A stretch of 64,000 nt of DNA from Pseudogymnoascus verrucosus (taxonomy: Eukaryota): assembly GCA_001662655.1 (NCBI GenBank), contig KV460207.1, one strand, 5' to 3'. Positions within the stretch are counted from its first letter, which is position 1; every line of letters begins with the position of its first letter. Position numbers and translations under genes: made by a program. Positions 39,582 through 53,395 of this stretch are shown here, piece after piece. The notes beneath the pieces are model-generated. The model was not told the DNA's origin. It was given only the letters and a program-made list of their open reading frames with translations, and made no database searches.

Positions 39582-41522
39582 CTATACTGCTTTAGATCGA
39601 CCATTACCATTTCCATTGAGTCCTGCCTTCTCCGATGCGTCCTTAACGTACGGCGGATCTTCTTTGTACACGTCATACTTGTATGCGCTTCCCGTATGGT
39701 CACTCCTCAAATGAGCCTGTCCCGACCCATAAACCTTCTCCCGGGCCGTCAAGCCATCATTTGACTCCTGGGGGTAGATGCCACGTCTACGCAACTCAGG
39801 GACCAATAGATCTACCACGTCTTCGAATGTCCCTGGCGTAGTCACGTAGCCAAGATTGAAACCATCAACATCTGCTTCAGCCACCCAACGCTCGAGTTCA
39901 TCTGCGACAGTTGAGGGCGACCCAATAGAGACAGGACCTAGGCCACCTATTGATGCCATCTCTGCTACAACTTCAGGGGTCCATTTTGGGATATTTTTGC
40001 TTGTTGTAGTGAATGCACTCAAAGCCGACGTAACTTTGTGTGCTTCTAATGAATCCTCTTTGGTGATTTCCTTGCCCAGCGGCAACTTTGAGAGGTCTAT
40101 CCCTGTCCACCCACTTACCAACACGAGGCCCCCGATTGTTGATGCGTATTTCTTTACTTCTGCTAGTTTTTCCTGAGCCTCCTCGTCGGTACGGCCGATA
40201 ATGGGAGTAAATGTGCAAAAGAACTTCAAGGAGGCTGGGTCGCGGCCTTCGTCCTTGGCAAGGCGGCGGATGTTGGCAATTTTGGGGGCAATGACAGAAG
40301 GGTCGTGACCTGTCACGAATATTGCTTCGGCATGCTTGGAGGCAAATGCTGACCCGGCTCTACGTCGGATCTCAGTTAAGTTGCCATAGGTTGGGTAGCA
40401 GAGATCGGGGAAGCTTACGGGGAAGTCCCCGCCTGAAACAGGAACGGGGTTCTTTGAGGAGAAGGGTCCACGATGTGCCTTGACTCTAAGTTGAAAAACT
40501 GGCCGTGGTGGTTAATCTGCCGCACCTTATCCGGGTCAATGTAGGAGTCATTTGCTACGTCCTTGATGATTGCGTCTTTGCTCCAGGAGCCTTCCCATAG
40601 CTTATAGAGGACGCGCAAATACTCGTCCGCCTGCGCGTATCTTTGGTCATGGTCTATGGGGGTATCGATTCCGATGGCCTTAAACGCGCTCTTCTTCCAC
40701 GAGGTAACAATATTCCTTATGGGCGTTAGCTTTGCTATGTAAGTGGGCGGGTCATCATTCGTAAGTCACATGTGATAAAATGAATGAAATAAAAGAGCGG
40801 GGCAATTGAGGCAGTGGATACGAGTGCAGAACGAAAAGATTGGCGCGCGTACCATCCAATTCGGCCTCGGGTGAGGTGATCAAGAGTTGAGAAGCGCTTT
40901 GCGAGTAGAAATGGCGGTTCAAATGACGTACTCGCAGTAATGCCGAAGGCCAAGTTCTTCGTAACTTTTTGACATCAGCAAGTATGGAGGGATTGAATGC
41001 GGGACATCCTTACCGGCTGCCATCGCGCTTATGGGCTTTATGAGAGTGTCAGTGATAATAAACAGAAGGCGGGTCTCTAACTCACAATCGTTGGGTCCGT
41101 CACTGGCCATTGTGCCGCCCTCCTGATACAATTATCCAGACTCCCCTCGTAGGTATCGTACCCGCCGTACGTATCAGCGAGAAAGAGGGCATTGATGCCT
41201 CCTCGTTCCAGGATCTTTGCGAGGTCGATCCAGTACTGAAGGTCGCGCTTGTTGGCCGAGCGGTCGTTCGGATTCTGTCTCGCCTATTAGCTCCCCCAAC
41301 CTAAAAGCAACATACAACCATACATACCTTCCACTGCCCTGGGCTCAGGTGGCCCACGGTCGACATGTCGAAGGCATTGAGCAGGATTTGCTTTTTCTGA
41401 TGTCCGTTTTGCGGCTCCACGCTGGAGGTTTCCTGCCCCGCCTCACCATTGCTCGAGCTTCGCAGCCGCTTCGCGACCGACGGTGTTGTCTCTTCCGCAC
41501 GGTTTCTCTTTCCACGAGGCAT
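39582..41522 (-). CDS. FMNH2-dependent luciferase-like monooxygenase, NtaA/DszA/SnaA family (multi-intron)
   Basis: ILLNAFDMSTVGHLSPGQWK, LAKRFSTLDHLTRGRIGW, YKLWEGSW, PSPQRTPFLFQAGTS, ADVDGFN. Confidence 0.9.
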
Positions 41523-42225
41523 GGCAAACGAAAGAAAGACTGACTCAATGGTATTTTTTAGATGGCATGGTAATTAGAGAGTGGGCAGCTTCATAATATT
41601 CACGTTCGTCGGTCAATGGCAAACCGGCACGGCGTCGCTCGCACGCCATCAGGCTTTCAATGACAACATACGCGAGCACAATCCTTCTCGTCCAGCTCCA
41701 AACGACCCCGCGAACATTACTCCCAACATGCGCTACAGTTCCATGTCACGCCATGTTATCCCCCGCCCATCCTCATCCCCACTCTCATATATTTCTTATC
41801 TCTCTCCACAGATACACGAGGCACCGATCGGCCGGCCCTGAACGTTTTCTTCCCATCTACCTGATTAGTTGTGGTGGTCATGCCCCACGCCGCACGTTGT
41901 GCTGGTGGGGTCTCGGATGGCGAGCTATCCACGAGGAATCACGTACGACCAAGGAACAGGGAATCATCTGGACCCATCATCGGCAATTGAGAGCTGTTTA
42001 TGCCCGTCCCTGCATGGTTGGGAAAGATGGGAAATCATCCTTGGATGCCGGCAGCTCACTTTTTTTTCCCACCCCACTCTCGAGACACGCCTACTTTGGT
42101 ACCTTTCTCATATAAATTATTGATGCAATCACATCGAATTTCCACGTTGTCAAATATATACCCAAGCTGAAACTATTGGCCTTTTGAACTGGAGGCATCT
42201 GGCTTGAAAGTCAGCTAATTACACC

Positions 42226-44091
42226 ATGGCCTCAGATTTGGGAGACGACGATTTGACGAAGGCAAAGATTCCAGGGTTGGCCTCCGTTGTGACGCTCGGC
42301 AGCTCGCAGAGCGATGCAGCAGCGGATCCCAGAGCGTTCCTCGCCTCCTTCAGTGCCGAGGAAGATAAAGCCATCAGGCGAAAAGTTGACCGGAGATTCC
42401 TCTGGCTCATTGGGCTTATGTACATTATCAAAAATGTTGGGCCTGTAATCCCATAAGCCACACATGTCCGCTAATAAATCGCAGATTGACTATCAAAATG
42501 CTGCCAATGTCAAGGTTCTGCAAGTGGGACAGCCTTCAAATGTCTTAATCGAGCTCGGCATGACAGCTGATCAGTACAACTGGGTTCAATCAATATATTT
42601 TGTTTGTGAAACTGGAAACTCTCCTATCTAGCTTCCGCTTTCTAACATCTTTCAGATCAGTTATATCATCTTTGAAGTTCCAAGCAACCTCTTGCTCAAG
42701 AAAGTGTCGCCGCGGAACTGGCAGTTCCGCATCTTCCTATCATGGGGGATTGTCCTGGCCTGCCATGCAGCCGTGAAGAATAAGGAGGGCATGTATGCTG
42801 CCCGGTTTTTCCTCGGCATGATGGAAGCCGGAATGTTTCCTGGTATCGCAGCCCAGTTGTGCAGCTGGTACCGAAGCGATGAGATGGGCAAGCCTATCAT
42901 GTGGATGTTTGGTTTCCAGAACTGCTCGGGGATCGTCGGTGCCGTTCTTGCATATGGTATCTCTTATATGGATGGGCTAGGCGGCCTAAGCGCTTGGAAG
43001 TGGGTGTACCTCTTGGAGGGCATCGCCACCATCTTGTTCTCTTTCGTCGTGTACTTCGTGTTGCCAGACTACCCTAAGTCACAGCGTTCCAATTCGTGGC
43101 TTACACCGAGAGAGCAAGATTATCTAGAAACGAGACTGTCAGAAAACGCACCAAAGACTAACGACGCAGAATTCGACAAAAGCGAAATCTTTGCTTCACT
43201 GCGAAACCCTCGGACATACTCTTTCATGCTCTCGCAGATTCTCCTTAACTTCGGGGGGTACGGTTTGAGTTGGCAGCTACCGACCGTGACCACCAACCTT
43301 GGGTTTGCGGGACTTCCTAAGAACCAGCTTCTCAATATACCCCCAGCCGCTGCCTCCGTGCTTGCAATCATATTCTCTGGGTGGTTTCTTAGCCGCGCCT
43401 ACCTTACTCGCCCCGCATACATCATGTGGATTTGTGGAGGTGCTCTTACATTCTTCATCATTCTTGCAGCCACAAAGAACAAGTATGCGGTGTATATGGC
43501 ATGCGTGCTAGGAACAATGTTTTACTCGGCATATTTTATACCTTTTTGCAAGTTTCCCCGTGTTATATCACCATAGCTCCCATCACACACAATATCTAAC
43601 TGTATTTCTAGGGAGTTGTACGTTTCCCCGCATTATAGAAGCATTGCAGTTGTTTTTGGTTTCCTATGTTTTCCCCGTGTTATATCAGCACAGCTCCCAT
43701 CACACACAATGTCTAATTCGGATTTCTAGGGCGTTCTTCTACGCTAGCGGGCACCACTGGCACGGCTTTTACACTCGCATTTCAATCCTCCGTGGGGCAA
43801 GTTGGCGGTGTCATAGGCCCCCAACTGTTCCAATCGCGGTATGCCTACAATGGTTATAAAGTACCATTCGCCATCTGTGCAACAGCCATTGGTCTTGGCT
43901 GGGTCGCCAATGTTTGGACATGGTGGCTGACAAGGAACGTCGAGTTCGACCTTAAGAGAATCAGAAGGCTTAGAATAAAGGCTGAAAAAAGCGGGAGGGT
44001 GTTTGCTGAGGATGATGTCAAGGTGTTTGAGGAGCGGGAGTTCTATGGGAAGGGCCTGATCAAAAAAACTGATCAGTTGGACGTAGTATAA
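42226..44091 (+). CDS. MFS transporter, ACS/Dal5 family; introns 42436-42484, 42602-42655, 43548-43611 (GC-AG), 43618-43729
   Basis: IRRKVDRRFL, FEVPSNLLLK, RFFLGMMEAGMFPG, WKWVYLLEG, GGVIGPQLF. Confidence 0.9.
43548..43729 (+). repeat. Near-identical tandem intron copies flanking a 6-nt microexon
   Basis: ttccccgtgttatatca..a.agctcccatcacacacaat.tctaa....atttctag occurs twice (about 43554-43611 and 43671-43729). Confidence 0.85.
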
Positions 44092-44323
44092 AATAGTATG
44101 CAGAATTAAAGGTTTACACTATAGATAGCCTGGATAGAGCTTCATATCCACTTTAGAACACATAGCGGCATTTGCTCGACGAACTACATTTGAAAGCGCG
44201 GGATGAGTAGCCAGCTTTGTTGCTGCTATATGATGCAATGCCATCAAAATCACGCGTAAAACCTCACACATTTCTTTGCTGTCTCATTCCATAGTATTAA
44301 ATAAAACATCATACAATAAAACA

Positions 44324-45962
44324 TCATACCGTGGTTTCTGTAGCAGCAGTACCACTCTTACTACCCCTCTCCATGCCTTTTCGACTTCCCGACTCCTCGA
44401 ACTCTGGGGCGCTAACCTCGCTATCCGCATCAGATTCATATTTCCTCTCCAGCGCCTGCGAGTACGGCCTCACAACAAAGTATGTAAACAGCACCAGCAA
44501 AACTGAGTTTGCTGCACAGAACGTAAAGCCCTTGAGGAAACGCGGCGCCTCCACCGTCGGGAATACCAGCACGCTCGTCCATGCCGTCGTGCTCTGTGCT
44601 ATCAGGTTCATGAATACGATGACTATAGAGCGCTCCGTCGCGTTATGGCGCAGCATGTCGTTTGCCCATCCATAGAGGACGCTGCTCATGGCGACTTGGA
44701 TGTAAGAGCTGTTAAGCGCGAACCACTTGGCTGACTCGGGGACCTTCCATACGGCGAGGATAGTCATGGCGGTGAAATTCCAGGCATGAGCAAAAGCGAT
44801 TGCACCACTCGGGCCCCAAAGAAGATCGGAACTAAAATTTACGAAGAGAACGTAGAATATTCCGAGGGCGGGTGCTGTTGTCCCGAGCTGGTTGACTTCA
44901 GGGGTAGAGAAGCGATCCAGACTCTTGAGCCAGAGGAGGTAGGCTCCGGAGGATGTCGATCCTGAATTCCAAAAAAACACGGCCCAGAGTGTCAGGATAT
45001 ATATTTTCCAGTCCATTGCAATATTTCGTACCAGCTGCCATTTTCCCTGTTTTATTTCTTCAGTAGTATCTGCCTTCGTCTCCTTCAGGCGCTTGATGGC
45101 CAGGGCTAGATCTTGATCTGTGAGTATAAGCATATTTGGTTTAGCTGGCGTCCCTGGCCAAATAACTACTCCAGCAATGGCGATGGGTATGGTCATTAAG
45201 GCGCTGATAATAAACATCCATCTACAAAACAATGTCAGAAATAGAGTTTCTTGTAGTGGGGTTTCCTCACCTCCAGCCAGCGAGCCCTCGCACGCCATCA
45301 AGATTGGAGGACGCTCCACTCTGAATCAAGCCCGCGGTGAGAGTTCCCAGCATCTGGCCGACGTAGAAAACCCCACCTCGGCGACCAAGCTCATCGCCTC
45401 TGTACCAAGCACCCAGGACGAAATGCACTCCTGGGAAGAAGGCGGCCTGAAATTACAATGAGTAAATGTTCTGCCAGCCTCGGATATATCACTTGCCTCG
45501 AAGATGCCAACAAAAAAGCGGTATGTCATGAGTTCCGCGTAGCCTTGTGCACGATATTGCAAGAGGGTGAAAATGCCCCAGCCAGCCTCAAGAGCGGGAA
45601 TGGTGTAGTTCATCGGAAACATTGGAAATAAGATGGTAAATGGTAGCTGGCCAATGACCGCTCCTGCAGTGTACATGGCATTAAGATTAACCAATTGATT
45701 TGACTGAAAATTCAAGTCTTCTTTAAGGCCAGATACGTAGGCATTATCTAGTATGGAGTTAGTTTATTCTTGGGCAAAAACGCTCATGGAAGAGGCAGGC
45801 ATGCGTACTCAAGTTCGACTGGTCGATGTATTTTATCCAATACGCAAGAACGGCATATGGCACAATAAGGAGATCCAGCTTAACGATAAGCTTCCTTTCT
45901 TCGGGGGTATCGTCTTTTGCATACCAGTGCCAGAAGGCTCGCCCTTGGCGTTTAGTATGCAT
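44324..45962 (-). CDS. MFS transporter, Seo1/Fen2/Liz1-like (Dal5 family), 3 introns
   Basis: WHWYAKDDTPEERKLIVKLDL, KYIDQSNL, RFFVGIFEA, VFPTVEAPRFLKG. Confidence 0.88.
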
Positions 45963-46340
45963 CTTGAACAAGCAAATATATCCAGGTCAAATGTTAGATT
46001 TCAGCGCCTGGGGCCAATACTGCGCATGGGAGACAAGGGATATATATATCAAATATCTAGCTACGGTCACACTGAAACTACCTCGCACTCCGCATATTAG
46101 TAGAGGGCCTGTATTACCCTTCCGGGCCTTAACTCTGATTCGGGAGACATGGTTGTATGTAACCACGGTGACGTAAACAGGCTCCCAAAGAAAGTGACTG
46201 GGAAACGTAAGTAGGAGCTAACCAAACGGCTTCAGTGACTGAAGGGAAGGAGAACTGGACTGCAAAATAATTGCCGGATTATTCAAAAATAGAAAATGAG
46301 GGCGCGGAAGATTTGCGCGGCAGCCTCATCTAGGCCTGTA

Positions 46341-46350
46341 GTGGCGCCAT
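46341..46350. promoter_or_regulatory. CYS3/MetR-like bZIP site GTGGCGCCAT (one mismatch to ATGRYRYCAT)
   Basis: Lies in the divergent Seo1-like/monooxygenase promoter. Confidence 0.35.
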
Positions 46351-46744
46351 CGGTACCCCATAAATTTGGGCTCTAGGACCCCTCCCTGGAAAAGGAAAAC
46401 TACGATAAGCCGAAAAGGATGCTATGGCCGTGGGCAATATTTTGATGATCTAATCAATGTAGAGGGCGAGAAGGGTCGGTCGGTCAAGTAGAACGCCGAC
46501 ATACGAGGTATCGTTGCTGGCGGATGAGGAATATTAACAGTTGCACAATTTGACGCAAGTCTGACGACGCCTACGTGTGGGGGTTAATCTCTCCGACGTC
46601 GGCTGCCAATGTCAAAATATTTGAAAACTATCCATATTAGATAACTCGTAGTAAATACATAGAAAACTACAAGGGAGAAAGTAAACAGATTGTTTGTATA
46701 TCTAGTGTCCTCGCTTCTTCTGCACGTTTTTGGTAATGAGAACC

Positions 46745-48740
46745 ATGGCTACAGCTTCTCAAAAAGCAAAAATAAGGCTTGAAAACCTGTCACAGCACCT
46801 GACTAGTTCCCCGGCAGCGAATCCAAAGTTCGAGCTTGAAGACCATCCGATTGATTCGGTGCCAGTATTGCGGGTATGGGTCGGCTTTCCCTTCCGAGGG
46901 GAATAAATATTGACGTTGAATCATCTAGGTAGCTGTGATTGGGGCTGGTATTTCTGGAATAACGGGAGGCATACTCCTCCCAGCTAAAGTTCCAGGGATA
47001 GATTTGACGATTTATGAGAAAAACAGTGACGTCGTACGTTTCTACCGCAGCCCGTATTGTTCTGATAGAAATATTCTAATGATTGTATAGGGCGGAACAT
47101 GGCTTGAGAATATATGTGAGACAACACAAGCTACTTAATTCAAGATGTCTAACGTAAAACAGACCCTGGTGTCCGATGCGATGTGCCAGCAAACGTATAT
47201 CAAAGTACTTTTGCTCCGAATAGCCAGTGGACAGAAGAATTCGCTCAGGGCCACGAAATTCGAGCATACTGGCAGAGTGTCGCAGCAAAATACGACGTCT
47301 ACCGATATATCAAATTCAGCAATAATATCCAGCACGCTCAATGGAATCCGGAAGAAGCGAAGTGGCTATTGAAAGTCAAGGATCTAAGAAGTCAGGAAAC
47401 TGTTACAGAGAAGTTCGACATCCTTATCACTGCAATTGGTCGCTTTAATGCCTGGAAATTGCCTGACTACCCTGGGATTAATGAGTACCAAGGCCATCTA
47501 AGGCATTCTTCAAACTGGGATCCAAAATTTGATCCGACTGGCAAGTCCGTAGCCGTTATAGGAAATGGAGCAAGTGGCATTCAAGTTGTCCCAGAGCTGC
47601 AGAAAGTCGTCAAGCATCTCGATCACTACGCGCGGTCACGGACTTGGATTGCAGGATCTTTTGGCGGACATGACCGAAAGGCAGAGCCAATGTATTTCAG
47701 TCCAGATCAGCTGAAGGAGTTCGAAGACCCAGAGAAATATTTGGCTTACCGAAAATCGCTCGAGGATGCTTACTGGCGGCGCTTTGCAGGATTGTTCAAA
47801 AACTCAAAGGAGAATCTAACAGCAAAGGGAGATTTTAAACTGATAATGGCAAAGCGATTAGAGAATAACCCAGAGCTGCTTGACGCTCTTGTCCCGGACT
47901 TCTCGCCTCATTGTCGCAGACTGACGCCTGGACCCGGTTACCTTGAAGCGTTGGGCAAGGAGAATGTCACCTTTATCCAGACGCCCATTAAGCGGTTTAC
48001 AAAAGACGGTATTGAGACCACAGATGGAGTTCATCGCCCCGTGGATGCCGTAATCTGCTCGACTGGTGCCAATATTGATTATGCCACGCCATTCCCTATC
48101 GTATCTGATGGGGTAGATCTGAGCTCCGCATGGAAGCCCGAGGGCAAGTATGGCTTTCCGTTTTCATATCTTGGAGTTGCCACTCCGGGATTTCCAAATC
48201 TGTTTTTCATCCACGGTCCCAATGCCGCTGGGCACTCCGGAACTCTTCCACACAGTGTGGAAACTCAAGTCACTTACATTGCACGCGTCTTGCGTAAGGT
48301 TAGCACCGAAGGAATCCGGACAATTGTACCATCAAAGGCTGCGGCAGATGATTTTGTCGAGTTCAGCGACGCGTTCTTTCCCAAGACAGTGCTCAGTGAA
48401 GGATGCAGTTCTTGGACCAATGGTATGCTCCCCTATGACTCGTTCAGGATGCGATCACACGCTTACATTATGTTTTGCTGAAGGGGGTCGGCCAGGTGGA
48501 CGCATCCATGGCCACTGGCCAGGAAGTGCGGCACATGCCAACTTTGTACGCCGCTCCCCGCGGTGGGAAGATTTCGAGTACGAGTTGCGATCAGAAAATA
48601 AATCTAAAAACCGTTTTGCGTATTGGGGGAATGGCTGGACCAAAAAGGAGCTGGTCCCTGGTTCTGATTTAACTCCATATTTAAAGCCGCCAGAGAAGGT
48701 GGACTTGAGAGAGTGGCACGAGAGCTGGTGGGATTTGTAG
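46745..48740 (+). CDS. FAD/NADPH flavin monooxygenase, BVMO-like, with an N-terminal PTS2; several introns
   Basis: VIGAGISG, GGTWLEN, YPGVRCDVP, YQGHLRHSSNWD, VIGNGASG, CRRLTPG; RLENLSQHL. Confidence 0.9.
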
Positions 48741-49067
48741 CCATATTCCTACCATGTTAGGGCATAGAGATAATATATAGATTTGCTATCGTAGTTGTGG
48801 AATGAAATTGAGACGGAAACTTTGTAATCGTCAGATCCACTTATTTGCTTCACTGACCCCACTCAACATACTCACCCAGCTGCTCACAGTATCTTCACCC
48901 TAAGGCCTATATTCCACAAGCTAAACCCTAGACCCCTAGAGGTCCCAGCCTATATACCTGTCCTCAATACATAGTCATATAAACATTCCCACAGCAATAA
49001 CATAAACGATTAAGTTTTAAGTTCATATAAATTATATTTGGATGATCCTGGTTTTATGAATAAATAT

Positions 49068-50941
49068 TCACAACTCAAATCCATCTTCATGGAGTGCCTT
49101 TAAATCGATGTCTCCAGTCACGCTCTCTACCTTCAAGTACGGCGTAAAATTAAGGTCTTCTTGACCATCAGCTGCCTTCACATCCTTTGTAGTCCACCCA
49201 TTGCCAAACCACGCAAACCGGTTGCCCTGCTCGTTTCGGTAGGTGTAGTCAAAATCTTCCCATCTCGGATCACGCCTTGAAAGGACGGCATGGGTGCCAC
49301 TGCCTGGCCAGATCCCATGAATACGGCCTCCGGCAATCCCTCCATTATACCACGAGCTGCAGTTCTCGCTCATCACAGTGCGAGGGAAGAAGGATTCACA
49401 GTAGGCCCTGAAATCAGCAGTAGCTTGAACGCTCGGTGTAATCGTGCGGATGCCTTGTGTGGACACCTTGCGCAGAATCTTCGCGGCATAGGTTACCTGT
49501 GTTTCGATGGCATGAGGAATCGTACCGCCCAGTCCTGTAGAGTTCGGGCCGAGAATTTGGAGGAAATTTGGGAATTGAGGCGCTCCGATGCCGAGATAGC
49601 TATCGGGGAAGCCAGGTTGGTGTTCAGGGCCTACGCCGGGCCGCCAAGCAGTTTGGAGATTTATTCCATTGGCAACGATTGGAAAGTGCGGGGCAAATGT
49701 GGTGTCTGCCCCCGTGGAACAAATTATGGCGTCGTAATCGTGGGTTGTGCCATCTTGGAGTGCAATGCCGGTTTTGGTAAATTTTGAGATTGGTGTGGAT
49801 ATGTAGCTAACGTTTGGTTGCGTGATTGCTTCAAGGTAACCAGGGCCAGGAGTCAACCGACGACAGTTGGGCGAGAAGTCTGGGGTGATCTTTTCCAGCA
49901 GGTCGGTGCGGTCACCAAGGCGATTGGACATTAACTTGGTAAACGTTTCCTTGGACTTGGCATTAGTTGGGCCACCTTTTATGATCGTACTGAAGCGGGA
50001 GAATGATGCTTCTTCTAACTTCTTGCGGTGCTTGAGGTAGGCCTCTGGGTCTTGCGGAGGCGGTGTTCGTCCCGGCCCTCTATGTAGTTCCTCGCCCGTG
50101 AACGACCCTGCTATCCATGTCTTGCTTCGAGCGTAATGATCGACATGTGATGATAATTTTTGTAGTTGAGGTACAATTTGAAGGCCAGAGGCGCCATTAC
50201 CAATTACCGCAACTCGCTTGCCTGCTGGGTCAAATGCTGGATCCCAAGACGAGGAATGTACTAGATGGCCCTCATATTCGTCCCTGCCGGGGTAATTGGG
50301 AAGGCGAGGGTCACTGAAATGGCCGGTTGCGGTAATGAGAAAATCGGCCTCTTCGACCGTTTCTAGGCCATTGGTAACAACTTTCAGGACCCATTTTGAT
50401 TTTTCATCCGACCAGTCAGCGCGTGTGACGGATGTGCCATATCGAATATGCTTCTCTGTGTCGTATTTTTGAGCCACTTTTTTCCAGTAAGCCTGGATTT
50501 CAGCGCCGGGCGAATAATTTTCGCTCCAGGTAGTTTGGGGCGCGAAGGTGCTCTGATAAACGTCGGAGGGGATATCACATTTGACGCCGGGATACACGTT
50601 GGTATGCCAGGTTCCGCCCTACGGAGGTTCAGCCTTTAATTTCACAGTATGGGCGCATTGGGACGAACCAGATCTGCGTGTCTCTCAAGAATCACAAGGT
50701 CAATATTTGGGACCTTGCGAGGCAATAGTATCCCAGCATTGATCCCCGCGATGCCAGCTCCCACGACGACTACCCTGAGGCGCGGGACCTCGTCGATCGG
50801 GTGCTCCTCTATCACCAGGGGCGGGAAGAGAGTCCTCAGTGGCGCTTGGTTGACTATTGATGGTTTTAGAGAAGCCTTCGCAAGCTGGGGATCGAGAGTT
50901 AAGGCACTGTCGGCCTGGGCGGCTACCGCATGGGGAGCCAT
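49068..50941 (-). CDS. FAD/NADPH flavin monooxygenase, BVMO-like, paralog of the 46745 gene; one intron about 50619-50669
   Basis: VVGAGIAG, YPGVKCDIP, YEGHLVHSSSWD, VIGNGASG, CRRLTPGPGY, GRIHGIWPGS. Confidence 0.92.
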
Positions 50942-51849
50942 TTCAAAATATGCAATGTGGTGCAGATGGTGACAGGTCTAGAGGGGATGCAGGCTACCTT
51001 ATGGAATGCCAGCCAGAGCAAGATGTTGGCAGTGATAGAGGCGAGTGAGTATATAGCAACAAATGAGTGGGGTCAACTAGGTAGGGGAGAGGAGGGGTAG
51101 CAGGTGGTCGTGAGAGGGGTGGGGAGGGGTGAGGGGTGGAGGTGGAAAGCACGTCATGGTCGCGAATGCCGTTGTGGGCATTTGAAATTTGGCAAGGAAA
51201 GACTGGACCGTGGAGTGTGACTGAGCTCTGGTGGCTGTTAACAATGGCTATGGCTTGCAGCACTGTGCCTTGTGCCATGTTGATACGACAGCCCGACTGG
51301 CTTGGCCACGAAAGACATGTTTCGCAGATTGGAGTCGCGATTAGTCATCCTATTCTCATAACCATACCTAGTTGTTTCAACCACTTCACCGTCCAGCTCA
51401 TAATTCTACACAAGTTCTATATGACACCGTAATAAATACCATGGTTCAATCTTTTATCGGCCTTATCTGGCCCCGTATTGATGTTGGCGCCAGCAACGCG
51501 GAACGCCTGCGCAACATGGCGATGTCGTGATCAGATGCTGGTATCACGAGTGTGCTACCAAAGCTGCCCACAGGTCTAGTGGGTAGATAGGACCGTAAGG
51601 AGCCATCTTAATGCCACGCGGTCTCTCGGCATATACACGGAGGACTGTGCGAAGTTCTACGTGAAATGGTAGCTTCAAACGCTTCTCGCAATGCCGCGGT
51701 ACATGGCCAAATCTGCTGGGCGATCTCGCAATTGCATTGCCAGGGAGTCGCCTAGATCATATATCGCGCCCAGTCACAATTTTTGCCTTCTCATTTTCCA
51801 TTTATTACATCGAGTTTCAACTATCTAAATCTTCCAAAGCCGACTCATA

Positions 51850-53395
51850 ATGTCAGAGAAGTCCATTGAGTCCGTGGCCGTTGATGCTGAGATAGCTACT
51901 CGAGAGCCGGGACGTAGCGCAGACCGTTCTCACCCAGGTTCGCACTGCAAACCACGTTTCTCATTGCGAAATTAATATGTTCTAGTCAAATGGTATCGCT
52001 CAACCTTCTATAACGCCCTCATACTGGGCGTCTGCAACTTTCTCGCACCAGGAATATGGGGAGCTATGAACTCTCTCGGCGCAGGGGGCCAGCAACAGCC
52101 ATACCTCGTTAATACTGCGAACGCGTTGACTTTCTGCCTCATGGTACTGTCTTGCTTCTTTTCGTCCGTAGTGGTCCGCGCGATTGGCATCAAATGGACG
52201 CTGATAGTCGGCACAATGGGTTACGCTCCCTATGCAGCCGGTCTGTATGCCAATAATCGTTTTGGCAATGAATGGCTCGTCATCCTCGGTGCTGCCCTGT
52301 GCGGACTGTCCGCGGGTGTTTTTTGGATGGCCGAAGCAGCCATTGCCCTCTCCTACCCTGAGCCCTACAACCAGGGAAAGTTCCTCGGGTTCTGGCTCTC
52401 CTTTCGTCTTGGCGGTCAAGTCCTCGGCGGCGCCATCAACCTAGGATTGAATGTCAACAATAACAAGGCAGGCAAGGTGTCTTACAATGTTTACCTCGCA
52501 TTTATCGCCTTGCAGGCTCTGGGGCCCTTTGCGGGCCTGCTGTTGAATAAGCCCTCGAAGGTCCAGCGCCGTGATGGCATCCCCGTCAGCCTTAAAATCA
52601 CCAATTCAATCTGGGACGAGATCAAAGCCACAACCTCCCTCTTCTTCAGCCGCAACTACCTCCTCATTGTTCCGCTGATTGCGCAAGGTGTCTACACTGA
52701 AGCTGTGATGTTCACCTTCCAATCGCTCTGGTTTAGCGTGCGTGCTCGTGCCCTCGGTTCATTCCTATCAGGGATCGTCGCCATCATCTCCGGCAACCTT
52801 CTCGGCGCCTTTCTAGACCATAACAAGCTCTCTCTGGTCACTCGCGCGCGAGGTGCTTTTGTGATCATTCTCGGGCTGCAGGGCGCATGGTGGATCTGGG
52901 CTACCATCCTCGTAACCGACTTCCATCGCTCGAATCCCACCTACGACTGGGTTGACCCGGGATTCGGGAAAGGATTCGCACTGTTCTTGTTCTGGGTTGC
53001 TGGCTTTCAATTGAACTACATGTATCTCTACTTTGTGGTCGGAAATCTCGCGTCTACCGAAGCGGAAGTTGTGCGGATTGCTGGTTTACTTCGAGGAACC
53101 GAATCGGCCGCCCAAGCCGTCAGCGTAAGTCCATCCATTATGACACCTCTTTTCTATTTCATTGTGACTGCTGCTGACTAGAGCATAGTACGGCCTCAAC
53201 TCCATCCCTATCATGGGCTCTATAGGAAGCGTCTATCTTAACTTTGGTCTGTGGGCCATCGCTATTGTACCAGCGTGGTTTGTGATCAAAGAAATCGGCG
53301 TAACCATCGTGGATAAGAAACTTCAGCGGGAGATAGGGGAGGTAGGGCTCGCAAACCGACTGGACGCAGAGAAGAAAGAGAAGCCACTGTCATGA
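51850..53395 (+). CDS. UNC-93-like MFS membrane protein; introns about 51938-51985 and 53125-53188
   Basis: KWYRSTFYNALILGVCNFLAPGIWGAMNSLGAGG, GVFWMAEAAIALSYP, GLLRGTESAAQAVS|YGL. Confidence 0.88.

Noticed and set aside
44300..44329. 15-bp tandem duplication AATAAAACATCATAC x2 at the Seo1-like stop codon
   Set aside because: Simple slippage duplication with no inserted element between the copies
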